Assembly (NCBI GenBank): GCA_964199315.1
Contig: OZ116702.1
Span: 26,474,001-26,538,000, forward strand
Length of the DNA stretch: 64,000 nt
Source of the DNA: Orbicella franksi
Lineage: Eukaryota
Direction of reading: 5' to 3'
In this document: one piece after another, positions 59,505 to 64,000 of the stretch
Layout of the letters: each line of letters opens with the position of its first letter
Position numbering within the stretch: the first letter of the stretch is position 1
Notes under the pieces: model-generated
Seen by the model: the letters and a program-made list of their open reading frames with translations, nothing else
The model's database searches: none
What the model was told of the DNA's origin: nothing
Program-made: the position numbers and the translations under genes

Positions 59505-62500
59505 GTGGTGCTCACTTTATCTTCACGTTTTTCGAGCAGATCAGCTACACATACAGTTTGGGACTAGCTACAACTGCAGCATCAGTTACACGCTGCATGT
59601 ATATATACCTGGTATAGCGTTTTCTTTTACATTCTTGACATTTCCTACGCTGAAGTGAAAAATAACGAGGTGGAAAACTAATTGCCTACAGCTTGATGAC
59701 CCTAGATGAAGGAGCTTTTCAGCAGGGTTTTCTTAAGTGGTCCCACGCATCAGTCTTTGATGTACCGTTAAGGGTTGTTGCGCAAGGTGCTACAAAAGAT
59801 ATTGCGATTTTGCCGCGCCTTTGTAGGGTCGGGTTGTACGGAAACTTGCCGAAGGGACCAGCCACTCCCTAGAATATCTCTCTTCAACATTCGATTGTTG
59901 TGAGAAAAAATGGCGGGCCATGAACGAATTAACTTCACTGAAGGGTCAAAAGTATTTTGCTGGTGCGCCTCATATTGTGTTAAACAGTGTTTATTCTATT
60001 GATACGAAGTACATCGACGTTTAAACTTATGTCGTAGAGAACAGAGAAGATGCAAACGTGTGTTAGCTTGCGTGGCTGTCGGATTTGTCCAAACTTTTTG
60101 CCATAAAATGTAACGGAAGTTCTTGAATTCTACAAACATAGGAGTTTTAAAATCAAACAACCATCCGGAAAGGAAATTTCTACCAGATTTAAAAGAGGCC
60201 GAAAATTCGGAGAATTTTCTCAGTGTTTATGGGTCAGTTCAGTGTTTAACTTGCCTCCTTATCAGTTCAAGTGGCATTTGAACTTAAACTGGAGAAATGA
60301 GTGGCAGAATGTTTAATTTAAGCACCGCTACGGAAACCTTTTGAAAACGAGCGCATCCCTTGGGAAGCTCCAAGGGTGCAAAACATCTTAACTTGGAGGT
60401 TCGTAAATCAATTGAATTTCCGCCGGCAATATAGTACGGTAAAACAGTTAGCTTCGGTAGTCATTTAATACCTAAATAAAGACCAACTTTGTGTGTGAAA
60501 AATAAAACCAGTTGTTGTTTTAGCGGTCGGTGTCTTTAAAGATATGAAAACAAAAGTGCTCTCTCCAGAGGAGGAACTACAATCCCGGACAAAAGTAGTT
60601 GGGACAATTGGGATGAACAAAAGTAGTTGGCCAATTGGGAAGAACAGCGAAGGTTAGGTTGCAAAACGCTGACTTTCAAATGATTAACCGTTGTGGTTAT
60701 TCGTGCGCGTTAATTTTAAAATACATCGAACCCTGTAGTTGTCGTATCGCGTGTAATCGTAATATATCTGACTACTGTACACGGATAAGCTTCAGTTAAT
60801 TCATTTAACACTATTCCATGAAACAACACAAAGTTCTGCTACTTTGCGAATTGAAAATCCTGGAAAATGCTTTAACTAATAGACACGAGCTCTAACCTTC
60901 CTTTAAATGCCATTTTACTTGAAGCAGATCGCAAATTTCGTTTTATTTTATACAGGCGGTTACAAGAGATATTCCACGAATATCTACACCGAGCCTTATT
61001 CTAGATTAAGGTAGGAAAGCTCTGGCCAATTTCCAGAAACAAAGTGAGCGCCATTGGCCTGAAATCAAATTCTAAAATATCATGACACCATTACGTTTCA
61101 GTTGGCGTTACCTTCATTGGAAAGTTTCCTCGAATATCTCTTTCGGACAATCCCGGAGAAAAGTAGTTGGGACAGTTGAGCTGGATCACGCATCCCCCAT
61201 CCTCCCTATTCAATGTTGGAAAATGTCGCGTTTTTTTAAACAAAAAGGGGAAAAAAGTCACCTGGTTATCAACATTGAAAGTGGAGGGAGGAGAGAACTT
61301 GCTTCGTGTCCCAAAGTTTTTGTCTGGGATCGTAGGTCTCTTTCATCACACCATTTATGCGCCATAAGAATCAGGTTCATAACGAATAATAGTCTCCCCT
61401 TCAACCAGTTGGACGTCTCGATCCCACGAGAAAGGAAAAAAAAAAGGAACCATCGATCTACTTTACTTGACCGCTGCCATACCCGAGTTACACAGCCTCA
61501 TTGCAATAAACTGGTTAATATTAGCTAAGATTCGATCTAGCCAGAAGATCTTTTTGCTTCTTTCTTGTACCGTTGAAAACGAAGCTATGGTTTGAGGTCG
61601 TCCGGCGACGATTCACAATCAATTTGTGTCCATCAAATTTCCGTCAACGAGGCTTTTGAGGGAAACGTGTTCCATGCTCATATCTTTAGAAACAGTACAT
61701 AAAAACGCTGACCCACTCTATGCCCTATTCAAATACTGTCTATGTAAGCACATGGGCATTCTGTTTGCGCATGCACGAGATGAGTGGAATAATTTGAGTA
61801 GGGCGCCATTTGTTATTTTTGAACGCGCTGCGCCGGTTTTTAAATGGGCGATCTACGCTGTGAGAAAGATCTTGCCAAGAGAGATGAAAGATTATAACAA
61901 GTTTACATACATTTATAACTCCGTGGATATTCACGGTATTTTTTGGGACTTCGCATGAGGATATATTAATGATCAAAGTGCGAACAGATCGAGAAATAGG
62001 TCCAAAGAATTGGAGTTTGCCATTTGATATAACAAAGTTCAAGATGTTCACACGAGAAGACAAACTTTGAAGGTTAGTCTCAAGATGTTGAAACTGTACT
62101 GTTATGAATTGAAAAAATCGTCAGATACACGATCCTATATGAGAAGGAAATTTTGAATTTGAGCTGATTTTGCTTCAACTTCGAACTAAATTTTCACCTA
62201 TTTCCGCCGGCCACCAGGCTTTAAATTACTTCAAACAATATTGTCTTTTCTTCTTCTTCGCAGCCGCTTGGAACTCCAGGCTTTAAAAAATGCGCTGTTT
62301 CTAGGACTAAAATGCTCTTACAATAGCTTCTAGCAAATTTTTATCCGGGATGTTTTGGTAGTCTCTCGTCTTCTTTTCTCCAAATCTGTTGTGCAGGGTA
62401 TGTTGTTGTACGCGTTTTGCACTGTCATAGTCTCGTTTTAATACACGGTGACTTTTGCTACTTTTCTTTCTGTTTCATTAGGTAGTTTTATAATCTCCTT

Positions 62501-64000
62501 TTTCGTCTCCAAGAGCTTACTCGATTAGAAACTTTGGTTAAACTTCTTTATTTCACCGGCCCCCAAGGTCCAAAGCACTTTCATTGCATTGCTTGTTTAT
62601 TTGTCCTTTGCTCTATCCAGTTTATTTCTCCCAGAAGAATACGTGCTCTTTTTTTAAGAAGGAAAACTGCTACCGTTTCTGTAGAGGTTTTCACATTTCA
62701 TCTACATTTAGCTTTCTAACCGAACCCGGAAACCGAATGACGTGAGCTTTACTATCGTGATGATTTTGCCCTGCGAGCTTGATTTTGTGCCACAATATAC
62801 CAAAATATACAGACTAACTTCTGATAGACTATTGTTTTGCTGTTTATTTCCATGCTCTGAAGATCCAGAAAAAGACAGTTGTTCAAACAAAATTAAAACA
62901 ATGGGTAATAACTGTTTTTCTATTGCTGTACAGGCGTTGATAAAATTGGGAGTTTTACCGCAAACACAGTAAACTGATGAAGGGGTTATGTCTTGTTCAC
63001 AATTCTTCACAATGTTAGGTGATTTGTCATGCACTAGCCCATGCAACAACTCCATATTCTCTACAGTATATACTATGGTTATGCAATATTCATGTTGGAA
63101 GATAAGTGCTATTGGGATAACTAAAGATCATCCTTTGACATACATTTGTGCAATTAGTCTTAAAGTGTAGGCCTGCAAATGAAATATGCCATTGCTCGAT
63201 TGCAACATGACAGAAATATACACCAGGTGGTGTAATCAGGTCATTCTAATTAGGGATGGAAATAAATAGTTATTCAACATTTCACAGATAAAACAAGATA
63301 CAAAATGAAAATGTTGTAAATGAGATTAACAATTGCATTTCAGATTTTCAATGAAAGGGTAATAAAGGCAATTTACCTACGTACAATCTTCATTGTTAAC
63401 CGTAGCACAAATACTGTTGAATATCACTCGGTAGCGAGTCTTTTCTTGTGATTCAAGCCACTAATAGAACTGGAAAAGTTTCATTATTTTAGCATTTACA
63501 GTGTATGTGAAGATGAAGACAAGAGGATGGGGAGGGGGTTGCTATAGTCAAAAGAAAGGTGCCATTTCTGCCTTCTAATGGCATCTTGTATACGTTATCT
63601 ATTTCAGAACTGCAACTGCCATATTTGAGCCTTCAAGTGAGCCCCCTCGTCTTGCATAACCATCCTTCAAGATGTTAATGTAACGAAGTTTCTCTAATTA
63701 TTTCCAGAAGAACTGGCTGCAATAATTCTACATTGGAGGCTATGTGTGTGGCTTTCAAAGAGACAATTCCTTGTTTGGTTGAAACATAATACTTTGTCTG
63801 GTGAAACAATCAATACCACAGCAAATGTTGTTTGTTTATTGGCCTGTAATAAGAGCCTACCCATTAGACCCCATGCCAATTATCTTAACAGAATAGTTTG
63901 AATACTTAAGTTGGAAAATGTGTATCTGTATATTTTTTAAATCTACAGCTGAAATTATCAACAATAAATTGAAATAAATAAATAAATATATGTTTTGTTG

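Noticed and set aside
61600-63100. Scattered short ORFs (e.g. 62708-63055 with VYCVCG)
   Set aside because: No coherent exon chain or recognisable domain; possibly a decayed transposon, but not supportable.

Overview
Eukaryotic genomic DNA from a cnidarian, most likely a stony coral (inferred from minicollagen content and repeat families). There is one assembly gap (168 N, 57303-57470). The window is dominated by a co-oriented, minus-strand cluster of cnidocyst (nematocyst/spirocyst) structural genes, which I reconstructed by hand from splice sites and reading phase. It contains six intact minicollagen-type genes (20.6-52.4 kb), two decayed minicollagen remnants carried on a ~4 kb tandem duplication (35-43 kb), a collagen-less tri-CRD protein gene with two alternative last exons (10.3-17.1 kb), and a secreted His/Lys-rich protein with a divergent CRD (5.9 kb to beyond the left edge). 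The most unusual feature is that four minicollagens have reduced or missing terminal cysteine-rich domains (CRDs) but carry cysteines inside the Gly-X-Y helix, on a ~14-triplet module present about 1x, 2x, 2x and 4x. A tentative secreted IL1/FGF beta-trefoil-like gene lies at 54.4-59.5 kb. The remainder is LINE fragments, SINE/MITE-like repeats and satellites. All gene models are manual; no database search or expression evidence was available.
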